From: Squalus acanthias
Taxonomy: Eukaryota
Direction: 5' to 3'
Length of the DNA: 64,000 bases
Assembly: GCA_030390025.1 (NCBI GenBank)
Contig: JASTWF010000046.1
Span: 1,240,001 to 1,304,000 of the forward strand
Positions 25,331-40,000 of the stretch are shown here, piece by piece. The translations under genes were made by a program, and so were the position numbers. Below the pieces are notes generated by a model, which searched no databases, was not told where the DNA came from, and saw nothing but the letters and a program-made list of their open reading frames with translations. Numbering within the stretch: position 1 is the first letter of the stretch; each line of letters begins with the position of its first letter.

Positions 25331-25865
25331 AGGCTGGTGTGGAGCAGAAACACCGACACCTTGTTTCTGTAAATTTTATGTCATTATATATTGGTCTGTG
25401 GCTTAAAGTTTGGTAACAGTTCCAGTCTTGTACAGATGAAGAAAATGCATAAATAATATTCTCTGCCTCGAGATTCGTGAAGGAGCAGGAACACCAGGAA
25501 GTAAGCGAGAGACTGAGGTCGGGTTTAACCTCTCCTGAGCATCCTGCTTTGGAATGGTGAACTGGCAGTGAGTGTGTGGTCTGGACTGTTCTACCCTTGG
25601 CCCAGCTCCCTCGTACTACTCTTACATTCTGACCTCTCCCAAGGTAGCCACCACATTCCTTCCTGTGACCAGGCCAGCCTCAACCTTTCTACCTCAAATT
25701 ATCCTATGTTTACATGCTTCCCTATGAAAGAGTTCGAAGAATGTGGCCGGCTTCCATGTGCATGCTGGCAACTCCCAGCTTTACCACTCGACTCCCATCA
25801 TGCCGTATGGCTGCTTGTCCAAAATTACCTTGCGGATATGTTATTTGTTCATGGGATGTGGACTC

Positions 25866-28196
25866 ATACAAAAATAGGAGCAGGAGTAGGCCATTTGGCC
25901 CATTGAGCCTGCTCCACCATTCAATATGATCATGGCTGATCCTCTATCTCAATACCATATTCTCGCTCTCTCCCCATACTCCTTGATGCTTTTTGTGTCT
26001 AGAAATCTATCTATCTCCTTCTAAAATATATTCAGTGACTTGGCCTCCACAGCCTTCTGTGGTAGAGAATTCCACAGGTTCACCACCCTCTGAGTGAAGA
26101 TATTTCTCCTCATCTCAGTCCTAAATGTCCTACCTCGTATCCTGAGACTGTGACCCCTCGTTCTAGACCCCCCAGCCAGGGGAAACATCCTCCCTGCATC
26201 CAGTCTGTCGAGCTCTGTCAGAATTTTATACGTTTCAATGAGATCCCCTCTCATTCTTCTAAACTCTAGTGAATACAGGCCTAGTCGACCCAATCTCTCC
26301 TCATACGACAGTCCTGCCATCCCAGGAATCAGTCTGGTGATCCTTCGCTGCACTCCTCTATGGCAAGTATATCCTTTCTTAGGTAAGGAGACCAAAACTG
26401 TACACAGTATTCCAGGTGTGGTCTCACCAAGGCCCTGTATAAGTGTAGTAAGACATCCTTGCTCCTGTACTCAAATCCTATTGCAATGAAGGCCAACATA
26501 CCATTTGCCTTCCTAACTGCTTGCTGCACCTGTATGTTTGTTTTCAGTGACTGGTGTACAAGGACACCCAGGTCCCTTTGTACATCAACATTTCCCAATC
26601 TATCACCATTTAAATAATACTCTGCCTTTCTGTTTTTCCTACCGAAGTGGATAACTTCACATTTATCTACGTTATACTGCATCTGCCATGTATTTTCCCA
26701 CTCACTCAACTTGTCTAAATCGCCTTGAAGCCTCTTTGCATCCTCCTCACAACTCACAATCCCACCAAGTTTCATGTCGTCAGCGAACTTGGAAATATTA
26801 CATTTGGTTCCCTCAGCCAAATCATTGATTTATATTGTGAATAGCTGGGGCCCAAGCACTGATCCCTGTGGTACCCCACTAGTCACCGCCTGCCACCCCG
26901 AAAAAGACCCATTTATTCCTACTCTCTGTTTCCTGTCTGTTAACCAATTTTCAATCCATGCCAGTATATTATCCCCAATCCCATGTGCTTTAATTTTGCA
27001 CACTAACCTCTTATGTGGGACTTTATCAAAGGCCTTCTGAAAATCTAAATGCACCACATCCACTGGTTCTCCCTTATCTATTCTACCAGTTACATCCTCA
27101 AAAAACTCTAGTAGGTTTGTCAAACACGATTTCCCTTTCATAAATCCATGTTGACTTTGTCTAATCCCGTTGATATTTTCTAAGTGTCCTGTTATCACAT
27201 CCTTTCTAATAGACTCTAGCATTTTCCCTACTACTGATGTTAGGCCAACTGGTCTGTAATTCCCTGTTTTCCCTCTCATGCTCCTTTTTTAAATAGTGGG
27301 GTTATATTTGCCACCCTCCAATCTGCAGGAACTGTTCCATAATCTATAGAATTTTGGAAGATGACAACCAATGCATCCACTATTTCCATGGCTACCTCTT
27401 TTAGTACTCTGGGATGCAGATTATCAGGCCCTGGGGATTTATTGGCTTTCAGTCCCATTAATTTCTCCAGCACTATTTTTTTACAAATACTAATTTCCTT
27501 TAATTCCTCCTTCTCACTAGACCCTTTGTTCCCTAGCATTTCTGGGAAGTTATTTGTGTCCTCTTCCGTGAAGACAGAACCAAAGTATTTGTTTAATTGC
27601 ACTGCCATTTCCTTGTTATCCATTATAAATTCACCCATTTCTGACTGTAAGGGACCTACATTTGTCTTCACTACTCTTTTTCTTTTTACATACTCGTAGA
27701 AGATTTTACAGTCCGCTTTTATGTTCCTTACAAGTTAACTCTCATACTCTATTTTCTCCCCTCTGAATCAATCTCTTGGTTCTTTTTTGCTGAACTCTAA
27801 ACTGCTCCCAATCCTCAGGCTTGCTACTTTTTCTGGCAAATGTATATGACTCCTCTTTGGATCCAATACTATCCTTAATTTATTTTGTTAGCCATGGTTG
27901 GGCCGCTTTTCCTTTTGTGTTTTTGCGCCAGAAAGGAATGTATAACTGTTGCAATTCATGCATTCATTCCTTAAATGTTAGCCATTGCCTATCCACCGTC
28001 ATGCCTTTTAATGTAGCTCCCCAATCTATCATAGCCAACTCACTTCTCATACCTTCATAGCTTCCTTTGTTTAGATTTAGGACCCTAGTTTCGGATTGGA
28101 CTTCTTCACTTTCCATCTTAATGAAGAATTCTATCATGTTATGGTCATTCTTCCCTAAAGGACCCCGCACAACAAGATTATTAATTAACCCCTTCT
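25866..28196 (-). mobile_element. 5'-truncated CR1 LINE ORF2 (end of APE to 3'UTR), antisense
   Basis: GKNDHNMIEF, WRVANITPLFKKG, QHGF, DFQKAFDKV, GVPQGSVLGP, FADD in successive broken ORFs. Confidence 0.95.
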
Positions 28197-28872
28197 CTAA
28201 GGAGTCAACCACATAATGTGGGTCTGGAGCCATGCATAGGCCAGACCCTTCTTTCCCTAAATTGAGAACAGGTTCCATAGACTAGGCTTGTATTCCCTCG
28301 AGCAGGGAAGATTAAACGGTGATCTAATTGAGGTGTTTAAGATGATTAAAGGAGTTGATATGGTGGATGGAGAGAAACTATTTGCTCTGGTGGGGGGAGT
28401 CCAGAACAAGGAGCACAACCTTAAAATTAGAGCCAGGCCATTCAGGGGTGATGTCAGGAATCACTTCATCACACAAAGGGTAGTGGAAATCTGGAAATCG
28501 CTCCCCAAAGAAATCTGTCGGGGCTAGGTCAATTGAAGATTTCAAAACTGAGATTGATAGATTTTCGTTGGGTAAGGGTATTAAGGATTACGGAACCAAG
28601 GCAGGTAAATGGAGTTGAGATACAGATCAGGAATGATCTATTTGAATGACAGAACAGGCTCAAGGGGCTGAATTGTCTACTCCTGTTACTATGTGCTCTG
28701 AAAGGCAATGGTGAAGGACACTGCGACAGCTTTCATTCTCAGTTTTCCTTGGTGCTAGCCTGCAAATTTTCAGATTTATTCAATACACTTTCACAATTTC
28801 CCATTGTGGGAGTTGAATTCTCGACCTCTGGGTTGCTAGTCCAGTATCAAAACCATTAAGCTGCCATACCCT
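28197..28872 (-). mobile_element. Antisense tRNA-derived SINE, interrupted by a CR1 fragment
   Basis: Head at 28805-28872 is the reverse complement of a head like 17384-17450; body piece ggagtcaaccacataatgtgggtctggag at 28201-28260; possible tail at ~25840-25862. Confidence 0.55.
28270..28695 (+). mobile_element. CR1 3' fragment
   Basis: YSLEQGRLNGDLIEVFKMIKG...FITQRVVEIW; 3' end ctcctgttactatg. Confidence 0.85.
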
Positions 28873-29464
28873 ACTGGCTTAACTTTCTTCAATTCAGTAA
28901 TGGCAAGATTCAAGCTATCACACTTGGAAGCTCTGCTCCTTAGCCCCTGAGTATATCCACCTCCCCTAATCCTTGCCCAGGCCTGAAATTGCATATCCTC
29001 GATGTAATGTTCGGCCCTGAGTTCAGCTTCAACCCCCATTCATTCCGCTCTGTCAGCAACATTGCTCCTAATTATTTTTCTTTTGGAAGTTCAGATTTTT
29101 ATTCCAAACATGTGCTACCAATCCCCCAAATCATTCCTTCCAGCTGTATAACCTTACTCGCTTCTCTCCCTCCTCACTCCCGCCATTGCTGGAACTTTCA
29201 TTCGTGATCCATGCCGCTGTCGTCTCTGGGCTGGGCCTACTCCATACTCTCTTTGCGGCCTCCTGAACTCCAGTCTACACAAACCCCAGCATGTTCAAAC
29301 TCTGTCTGTCGTATCCTATCCCCGGCTAGAGCTGAAAGCCCTGCTACTGAAAGCCTGCTTAATAATCATCCCCGTCTTCAAAAGCCTGCACTGGCTCCCC
29401 GCATTAACCTTACCATCTGCGTCTGCATTCACAAATCTCCCTTTCTCTCTCTCTCTCTCTCTCT

Positions 29465-29857
29465 CTCACACGGCAGCTGTTGATAATTCTGCCAGTGTCA
29501 TTTACACTTCATCGAGAGCCATCTTTTGTTTCTTAACTTGTCCCATTACCATCTCCTTTTGCCTTGCACCATCTCTTAATCTCTCTTAATGTTTCTTAAA
29601 TAACAGAAAACGCTGGAAAAACTCAGCTTAATGTCTCTTAATCTCTCCTGCCTTCCATCCTATCACAGACCTTCCCCTTTGTTCTTTCCTCCCCTCCCCC
29701 CTTTCCCTGCCCCTACACTTGCTTAAAAACCTGTTCCATCTCCAGCTTTTTCCAGTTCTGAGGAAGGGTTATCGACCTGAAACGTTGACTCTGTTTCTCT
29801 CTCCACAGATGCTGCCTGACCTGCTGAGTATTTCCAGCATTTTCTGTTTTTATTTCA
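29465..29857 (+). mobile_element. Penelope-like element 3'UTR/pseudo-LTR fragment
   Basis: Pyrimidine-rich UTR, hammerhead at 29754-29790, then ctctgtttctctctccacagatgctgcctgacctgctgagtatttccagc, the same family as the 14426-14511 arm. Confidence 0.75.
29754..29790 (+). ncRNA. Minimal hammerhead ribozyme motif
   Basis: AGTT-CTGAGGA-AG-GGTT-ATC-GACCT-GAAAC-GTT-GACT; palindromic AACGTT stem III; stem II imperfect. Confidence 0.65.
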
Positions 29858-30302
29858 CAAATCTCCCCCTGGCCTTTCCCACCCGACCTCTACGACTGAC
29901 TTCAGCCCTACCCAATCCCTGCACCCTATGGACTGTAACCTACTGTGAGCCCACCCCGCCATTGCCTCACGGGGCGGCAGAACCTTGGCCCATTAGGGCC
30001 GTGCACGCTGCACATCTCTTCTTAAAGCCCTTTGCCTTATGCCATCTCTCCCCGGGGTCGAAGTTACTTCAAACAGGCCTTCAGTTTCATAAACTCGGAC
30101 ACAGTGTCCGTCCCTCCCTCTTTTAGGAAGCGCCCGGGGACATTTATATTAAAGGCGGTTTATAAATACAAGTATTAGTTGGGCAGAGTGGCCACCTGAG
30201 TCAACTGAACATCCACATATTAAACATCGGGCATGTGCATGTGGACCAGTACAGTATCATCTGTATGTGATGAACACAGAGATGCACATGTGTACCAAAA
30301 CA

Positions 30303-30414
30303 AATGCAAAATACTGCGGATGCTGGATATAAAAACAGAAAATGCTGGAAACACTCAGCAGGTCTGCAGAAAGGAATAGAGTTAACGTTTCAGGTCAATG
30401 AGCTTTCATCAGAA
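30303..30414 (-). mobile_element. Penelope pseudo-LTR fragment with degenerate hammerhead, antisense
   Basis: Reverse strand reads ttCTGATGAaagctcattgacctGAAACgttaactc followed by tgctgagtgtttccagcattttctgttttta. Confidence 0.65.
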
Positions 30415-31537
30415 AATGTCAGTGCAGATCTGCAGTTGTGTGCAATGCCACAGTTTGTGAAACCTGTATTAAAAGCAAGGCTATTTTGAATTGGTGCAAG
30501 TCCCTTTGTTGAGCGATTGAGAAGTGTGGAGTTGGTGCACAGACAGCCACAGTCTGTTTCTCAAAACCAACATTCGGCAATCCCGGATGGGAGGGATGAA
30601 CATGAGGAATGTTTAACAGGAAGGAACACGTGCTATACTCCGACCCAGAAAAGGTCAAATCTGTGTTTAAAACCCCCCGTCTCTTCGCAGGGGTATATAA
30701 GTGATCACAGTCTGCAATGGCGCACAACTGGTTGAATAGGCCCGGATCTCCATGAGTAGTTTTATATTAGTACAATAGCTAGTTTTATATTAGGTCGTTC
30801 TCGTTGATAGCACAGCCAAGCGATTGTTTAAGAAAACATAGGGGGAGGGAGATTAGATTTAGTTTGACAATTAACTGTCTTGTTAACATAACAGTGTTTA
30901 GTTTCCAAGGATGCGGTCAATTAGAACGCAATGCATGCCACTGACTGACAGAGTAAACTGGCTGAACAATTGGTTAAAGCGAGAATCAGCGCAGAAACTC
31001 AGTGAAAATGTCGGAGGCAACGACTGAAGGAAACACATATCTCACGGTATATCGCAGTATAATACACGGGGAGTGAGACAGTATAATTCACGGGGAGTGA
31101 GACAGTATAATACCCGGGGTGTGAGACAGTATAATACCCGGGGTGTGGGACAGTATAATTCACGGGGAGTGAGACAGTATAATACCCGGGATGTGGGACA
31201 GTATAATACCCGGGGTGTGGGACAGTATAATTCACGGTGAGTGAGACAGTATAATTCACGGGGAGTGAGACAGTATAATACCCGGGGTGTGGGACAGTAT
31301 AATACCCGGGCTGTGGGACAGTATAATACACGGGGTGTGAGACAGTATAATACACGGGGTGTGGGACAGTATAATTCACGGGGAGTGAGACAGTATAATT
31401 CACGGGGTGTGGGACAGTATAATTCAGGGGTGTGAAACAGTATAATTCACGGGGAGTGGGACAGTATAATTCACGGGGTGTGGGACAGTATAATTCAGGG
31501 GTGTGAAACAGTATAATGCACGGGGTGTGAGACAGTA

Positions 31538-33427
31538 TTTTTTTTTATTCGTTTATGGGATCTGGGCGTCGCTGGCAAGGCCAGCATTTATTGCCCATCC
31601 CTAGTTGCCCTTGAGAAGGTGGTGGTGAGTGGCCTTCTTGAACCGCTGCAGTCCGTGTGGTGAAGGTACTCCCACAGTGCTGTTAGGGAGGGAGTTCCAG
31701 GATTTTGACCCAGCGACAATGACGGATCGGCGATATACTTCTAAGTCAGGATGGTGTGTGACTTGGAGGGGAACTTGGAGGTGGTGGTGTTCCCATGCGC
31801 CTGCTGCCCTTGTCCTTCTAGGTGGAGGAGGTTGCGGGTTTGGGAGGTGCTGCCGAAGATGCCTTGGCAAGTTGCTGCAGTGCATCTTGTAGATGGTGCA
31901 CACTGCAGCCACGGTATGCCGGTGGTGGAGGGAGTGAATGTTTAAGGTGGTGGATGGGGTGCCAATCAAACGGGCTGCTTTGTCCTGGATGGTGTCGAGC
32001 TTCTTGAGTGTTGTTGGAGCTGCACTCATCCAGGCAAGTGGAGAGTATTCCATCACACTCCTGACTTGAGCCTTGTAGATGGTGGAACGGCTTTGGGGTG
32101 TCAGGAGGTGAGACACTCGCCGCAGAATACCTAGCCTCTGACCTGCTCTTGTAGCCACAGTATTTATGTCGCTGGTCCAGTTAAGTTTCTGGTCAATGGT
32201 GACGCCCAGGATGTTGATGGTGGGGGATTCGGCGATGGTAATGCTGTTGAATGTCAAAGGGAGGTGGTTAGACTCTCACTTGTTGGAGATAGTCATTGCC
32301 TGGCACTTCTGTGGTGCGAATGTTACCTGCCACTTATCAGCCCAAGCCTGAATGTCATCCAGGTCTTGTTGCATGCGGGCATGGACTGCTTCATTATCTG
32401 AAGAGTTGGGAATGGAACTGAACACTGTGCAATAATCAGCGAACATCCCCATTTCTGACCTTATGTTGGAGGGAAGGTCATTGATGAAGCAGCTGAAGAT
32501 GGTTGGGCCTAGGACACTGCCCTGAGGAACTCTTGCAGCGATGTTCTGGGGCTGTGATGATTGACCTTCAATGACCACAACCATCTTCCTTTGTGCTAGG
32601 TATGACTCAGCCAGTGGAGCGTTGTCCCCCTGATTCCCATTGACTTCAATTTTACTAGGGCTCCTTGATGCCACACTCGGTCAAATGCTGCCTTGATGTC
32701 AAGGGCAGTTACTCTCACCTCACCTGTGGAATTCAGCTCCTTTTTGCATGTTTGGACCGAGGCTGAATTGAGGTCGGGAGCCGAGTGGTCTTGGCGGAAC
32801 CCAAACTGGGCATCAGTGAACAGGTTATTGGTGAGTAAGTGCCGCTTGATAGCACTGTTGATGACACCTTCCATCACTTTGCTGATGATTGAGAGTAGAC
32901 TGATGGGGCAGTAATTGGCCAGATTGGATTTGTCCTGCTTTTTGTGGACAGGACATACCTGGGCAGTTTTCCACATTGTCGGCTAGAGGCCAGTGTTGTA
33001 GCTGTAGTGGAACACCTTGGCTAGAGGCGCGGCTAGCTCTGGAGCACAAGTCTTCAGCACGATAGCCGAGATGTTGTCGAGCCCATAGCCTTTGCTGTAT
33101 CCAGTGTGCTCAGCCGTTTCTTGATATCACGTGGAGTGAATTGATTTGGCTGAAGACTGGCTTCTGTGATGTTGGAGACCTCAGGAGTAGGCCGATATGG
33201 ATCATCCACTCGGCACTTCTGGCTGAAGATGGTTGCAAACGTTTCAGCCTTGTCTTTTGCACTCACGTTCTGGGCTCCACCATCATTGAGGATGGGGATA
33301 TTCATGGAGCCTACTCCTCCCGTTAGTTGTTTAATGGTCCACCACAATTCACGACTGGATGTGGCAGGTCTGCAGAGCTTTGATCTGATCCATTGATTGT
33401 GGGATCGCTTAGCCCTGTCAAGAGCTT
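31538..33427 (-). mobile_element. 5'-truncated non-LTR retrotransposon (CR1/L2 group, distinct from the other CR1 copies) inserted in the satellite
   Basis: WKTAQVCPVHKK, QFGFR, ALDIKAAFDRVWH, VPQGSVLGP, FAD[Y], YKAQVRSVMEY; A-rich tail (poly-T at 31538-31546 on +); stops and frameshifts. Confidence 0.9.
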
Positions 33428-36400
33428 ACACTGGGTGTGAGACAGCATAATAAACAGGGTGTGGGACAGTATAATACATGGTACAGGTCAGTATAATACA
33501 CGGGGTGTGTAACAGTATAATACACGAGGTGGGACATTATAATACACAGGGAGTGGGACAGTATAATACACGGGGAATGTGTGACAGCATAATACCCGCG
33601 GGGACAGTATAATACTCGGTGCGGGACAGTGTAATACACGGGGGGAATATTTTTATTCATGGGGTGTGTGACAGTATAATACATGGGGTGTGTGACAGTA
33701 TAATACACGGGGTGTATGACAGTATAATACATGGGGTGTGAGACAGTACAATAAACAGGGTGGCAGACATTAGAATAAACGGGGTGTGGAACAGTATAAT
33801 GCCTGGGGTGTAGGACAGTACAATAAATAGGATGGGGGACAGTATAATACACGGGGTGTGGGACAGTATAATAAACGGGGTGTGGGACAGTATAATCCAT
33901 GGGACCTGGGACAGTAGAATAAACGATATGTGGGACGATATAATACACGGGGTGTGTGAGAATATAATACACGGGGAGTGTGACTGTATAATACACGGGG
34001 AGTGGGGCAGCATAACTACATGGGGCGGGACAGTATAATACATGGTACAGGTCAGTATAATACACGGGGTGTGAGTATAATACACAGGGTGTGGGACAGT
34101 ATAATACATAGTGCAGGACAGTATAATGCACAGTGCGGGACAGTATAATACACAGTGCAGGACAGTAAAATACATGGGTTGCGGGAAAGTATAATACACG
34201 GGGTGTGGGACAGTCTAATACACGGGGAGTGGGACAATATAATAAATATGGTGTGTGACAGTATAATGTAATGGGTGTGGGACAGTAGAATACACAGTGC
34301 GGGACATTATAATACACAGGGAGTGGGAAAGTATAATGCCCGGGGTGTGTGACAGAAAGATACACGGGTGTGGGACAGTATAATTCATCGGGTGTGGGAC
34401 AGTACATTAAACGATATGTGGGACAGTATAATACACTGGGAGTGGGACAGTATAATACATGGGGAATGTGACAGCATAATACCCGGGGGGACGGTATAAT
34501 ACTCGGTGCGGGACAGTGTAATACACGGGGGGGACATAATAATACATGGGGTGTGAGTCAGTATAATACACGGGGTGTGAGACAGTATAATACACAGGGT
34601 CTAGGACAGTACAATACATGGTGCAGGGCAGTATATTATACGGGGTGTGAGACAGTATAATACAGGGTGTGGGACAGTATAATACACAGTGCGGGACAGT
34701 AAAGCACACGGGCTGCGGGAAAGTATAATACACATTGAGGGACTGTATAATACACGGGGAGTGGGACAGTATAATACATGGTGTGTGTGACAGTATAATG
34801 TAATGGTTGTGGGACAGTAGAATACACAGGGAGTGTGACAGTAAGACACACCGGTGTGGGACAGTATAATACACAATGTGGGATGGTATAATATATGGGG
34901 CGGGAAAGTATAATACACAGTGCAGGACAATATAATACACACAGAGTGTGACAGTAAATACACGGGCGTGGGACGGTATAATGCACGGGGTGTGGAAGAG
35001 TATAATGCACGGGGTGTAGGACAGTACAATAAATGGGGTGTGGGACAGTATAATTCACGGGGTGTAGGACAGTACAATAAATGGAGTGTGGAAGAGTATA
35101 ATGCACGGGGTGTAGGACAGTACAATAAATGGGGTGTGGGACAGTATAATTCATGGGGTGTGGGACAGTGGAATAAATGGAGTGTGGGACACTATAATTC
35201 ACGGGGTGTGTGACAGTACAATAAAAGGGGTGTGCGACAGAATAATTCACGGGCTGTGGGACAGTACAATAAATGATATGTGGGACAGTATAATACACAG
35301 GGTGTGTGACAGTATAATACATGGTGAGTTTGGCAGTATAAAACTCAGTGTTCGGGACAGTATAATACACGGGGTGTCTGAGAGAATAATACACAGGGTG
35401 TGGGACAGTATAAAACACAGTGCGGGGCAGTATAAAACAAAGTGTGGGACACCATAATACATGGAGGGGACAGTATAATACACTGAGTGTGGGACTGTGT
35501 ATTACACGGTGTGGAAAAGCATAATACACAGTGCGGGACAGTATAATACACGGAGGGACTGTATAATACACGTGGTGTGGGACAGTATAATACACGGGGT
35601 GTGAGACAGTATAATACATGGGGTGTGGAACACTCTAATTCACGGAGTGTGGGACAGTATAATACATGGAAAGTGGGACAGTATAATACATGGAGTGTGG
35701 GACAGTATAATATTCGAGGTGTGTGACAGTATAATACATGGTGGGTGGGACAGTATAATACACGGGGTGTGGGACAGTATAATACACAGGGTGAGTGACA
35801 GTATAATACACGAGGTTGTTAGCCAGTATAATACATGGAGTGTGGGACAGTATAATACACGGGGTGTGGGACAGGATAATACACAGGGTGTGTGACAGTA
35901 TAATACATGGAGTGTGGGACAGTATAATATTCGAGGTGTGTGACAGTATAATACATGGAGTGTGGGACAATATAATATTCGAGGTGTGTGACAGTATAAT
36001 ACATGGTGGGTGGGACAGTATAATACACGGGGTGTGTGACAGTATAATACAGCGACTGTGGGACATTATAATAAACGCAGTGTGTACAGTATAATACATG
36101 GAATGTGGGACATTATAAAACACAGGGTGTGGGACAGTTTAATGAACGGGATGTGGGACGTTATAATATTCGGGGTGTGAGACAGTATAACACGTGGTGG
36201 CTGGGACAGTATAATACACGGAGTGTGGGACAGTATAATGCTCGGGTTGTGAAGCAGTATAATATATGAGGAGTGAAACAGTAAAATAGTCGGGGTGTGT
36301 GACAGTACAATACATGGGGATTCGGACAGTATGATACACGGGGTGTCTGACAGAATGATATATGGGCTGTGGGACAGTATAATACATGGGTGGACAGTAT

Positions 36401-37029
36401 AATACACGGTGCGTGACAGTATAATACACAATGTGGGACGGTATAATACACGGGGTGTGAGGCAATATAATACATGGGGAGTGGGACAGTATAATGCACG
36501 AAGTGTGGGACAGTATGATACACGGGATTTCTGAAAGTATAATACACGGGTGGGGCGGTATAATACACGGGGTGTGGGACAGTATAATACACGGGTGTGT
36601 GACAGGATAATACATTGAGTGTGGGACAGTAAAATACTCGGGGTGAGACAGTATAATAAATGGTGGGTGGGACAGTATAATACACGGGGTGTGTTAAATA
36701 TTATAATACACGGATTGTGGCACAGTATAGTAAATGCAGTGTGGTATAGTATAATATATGGAGTGTGGGACAGTATAATACATGGATGTCGGACAATATA
36801 AGACACGGGGTGTTTGGCTGTATAATACACGGAGTTTGAGACTGTGTAATGCACGGATGTGGGATAGTATAATACTCGGTGTGTGAGACAGTATAATACA
36901 TGGTGGGTGGGACAGTATAATACACAGGGTGTGTGATAGTATAATACACGGTGTGTGAGACAGTATAATACATGGTGGGTGGGACAGTATAATACACGGG
37001 GTGTGTGACAGGATAATACACGGTGTGTG

Positions 37030-40000
37030 GGACAGTATAATACATGGGGTGTGGGACAGTATAATACTCGGGGAGTGAGACAGCATAATACATGGAGTGT
37101 TGGACAGTATAATACACCGTATGTGTGACAGTATAATACATGGAGTGTGGGACAGTTTAACACATGGTGGGTGGGACAGTATAACACCTGGTGTGTGTTA
37201 AACAGTTTAATGCACGGAGTTTGGGACAGTGTAATACACGGGGTGTGGGACAGTATAATACACGGAGTATGGGACAGTATAATACACGAGGTGTGGGACA
37301 GTATAATACACGGGGTGTGGGACAGTATAATACATGGGGTGTGGGGCAGTATAATGCACAGGGTGTGTGACAGTATAATACATGTTGGGTGGGACAGTAT
37401 AATACACGGGGTGTGGGACAGTATAATATATGGTGGGTGGGACAGTATAATACACGGGGTGTGGGACAGTATAATACACAATGTGTGTGACAGTGTAATA
37501 CACGGGGTGTGGGACAGTATAATATTCGAGGTGTGTGACAGTATAATATATGGTGGATGGGACAGTATAATACACGGGGTGTGTTAAACAGTATAATACA
37601 TGGACTTTGGGACAGTATAATAAACGCAGTGTGTGACAGTATAATACATGGAATGTGGGAAATTATAATACACAGGGTATGAGACAGTATAACACGTGGT
37701 GGCCGGGACAGTATAATACACGGAGTGTGGGACAGTATAATGCATGGGTGGTGAAGCATTATAATACACGGGGAGTGAGACTGTATAATAGTCGGGGTGT
37801 GTGACTTTACAAAACACGGGGATTCGGACAGTATAATACACGGGGTGTCTGACAGAATAATATTTGGGGAGTGGGACAGTATAATACATGGGTGGACAGT
37901 ATAATACACGGTGCAGGACAGTATAATACACAATGTGGGACAGTATAATACACGGAGGGGACAATATAATACACGGGGTGCGGGACTATATAATACACGG
38001 AGAGGACAGTATAATACATGGAGGGGAAGTATGATACATGGGGTGCAGGACTATATAATACACGGAGGGGACAGTATAATACATGATGGGGACAGTATCA
38101 TACACGGGGTGCGGGACGATATAATACACGGAGGGGACAGTATAATACATGGAGGGGGACAGTATAATACATGGAGGGGACAGTATAATATATGTGGTTT
38201 GGGACAGTATAATACACAGGATGTGTGACAGGATAATACATTGAGTGTAGGACAGTAAAATACTCGGGGTGAGACAGTATAATACATGGAGGGTGGGACA
38301 GTATGATACGTGGGGTGTGTTAAATATTATAATACACGGATTGTGGCACAGTATAATAACTGCAGTGTGGTACAGTATAATATACGGAGTGTGGGACAGT
38401 ATAAGACACGGGGTGTTTGGCAGTATAATACACGAAGTGTGAGACTGTATAATACACGGTGTGTGAGACAGTATAATACATGGTGGGTGGGACAGTATAA
38501 TACACGGGGTGTGTTAAATATTATAACACATGGATTGTCGGACAGTATAATAAATGCAGTGTGGTACAATATAATATACGGAGTGTGGTACAGTATAATA
38601 CACGGAGTGTGGGACAGTACAATACATGGGCTGTGAGGCAGTATAATAAATGGAGTGTGGGACAATATAATACACGGCTTGTTTGACAGTACAATACACG
38701 GAGTGTGGGACAGTATAATTCACGGGGACTGAGGCAGTATAATGCAACAGGTGTGGGAAAGTATAATACACGGGGTGTGAGGCCGTATACTACATGGAGC
38801 GTGGGAGATTATAATACATGGAGTGTGGGACAGTATAATACACAGATGTGTGACAGTATAATACATGGAGTGTAGGACAGTATAATACATGGGGTGTGAG
38901 ACAGTATAATACATGGGGTGTGGAACAGTATAATACGCGGAGTGTGGGACAGTATAATACATGGGATGTGAGACAGTATAATACATGGGGTGTGGGACAG
39001 TATAATACATGGGGTGTGGGACAGTATAATACATGGGGTGTGAGACAGTATAATACATGGCGTGTGGGACAGTATAATACATGGGATGTGAGACAGTATA
39101 ATACATGGGATGTGGGACAGTATAATACATGGGATGTGAGACAGTATAATAGATGGGGTGTGAGACAGTATAATACATGGGGTGTGAGACAGTATAATAC
39201 ATGGCGTGTGAGACAGTATAATAGATGGGGTGTGAGACAGTATAATACATGGGGTGTGAGACAGTATAATACATGGCGTGTGGGACAGTATAATACATGG
39301 GGTGTGAGAAAGTATAATACATGGGTTGTGAGACAGTATAATACATGGCGTGTGGGACAGTATAATACATGGGATGTGAGACAGTATAATACATGAGGTG
39401 TGGGACAGTATAATACATGAGGAGTGGGACAGTATAATACACGGAGTGTGGGCTAGTATAATACAAGGGGTGTGAGACAGTATAATACGCGGAGTGTGGA
39501 ACAGTATAATACACGGGTGTGGGATGGTATAATGCACGGGGTGTGGGACAGTATAATACACGGGGTGTGGAAGAGTATAATGCACGGGGTGTAGGACAGT
39601 ACAATAAATGGGGTGTGGGACAGTATAATTCACGGGATGTAGGACAGTACAATAAATGGGTTGTGGGACAGTATAATTCATGGGGTGTAGGACAGTACAA
39701 TAAATGGAGTGTGGAAGAGTATAATGCATGGGGTGTAGGACAGTATAATACACAGTGCGAGACAGTATAATACACAGTGTGGGACACCATAATACTTGGA
39801 GGGGACAGAATAATACACGGGGTGTGGGACTGTTTATTACACGGTGTGGAACAGCATAATACACAATGCGGGACAGTATAATACACGGAGGGGACTGTAT
39901 AATACACGTGGTGTGGGACGGTATAATACACGGGGTGTGAGACAGTATAATACACGGGGTGTGGAACAGTCTAATTCACGGAGTGTGGGACAGTATAATA

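Larger units (their letters stand above)
29040..30182 (+). mobile_element. Old L2-type LINE 3' region, interrupted by a Penelope fragment
   Basis: ctgcactggctcccc (LHWLP) at ~29386; tail ttaaaggcggtttataaatacaagtattagttg. Confidence 0.5.
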
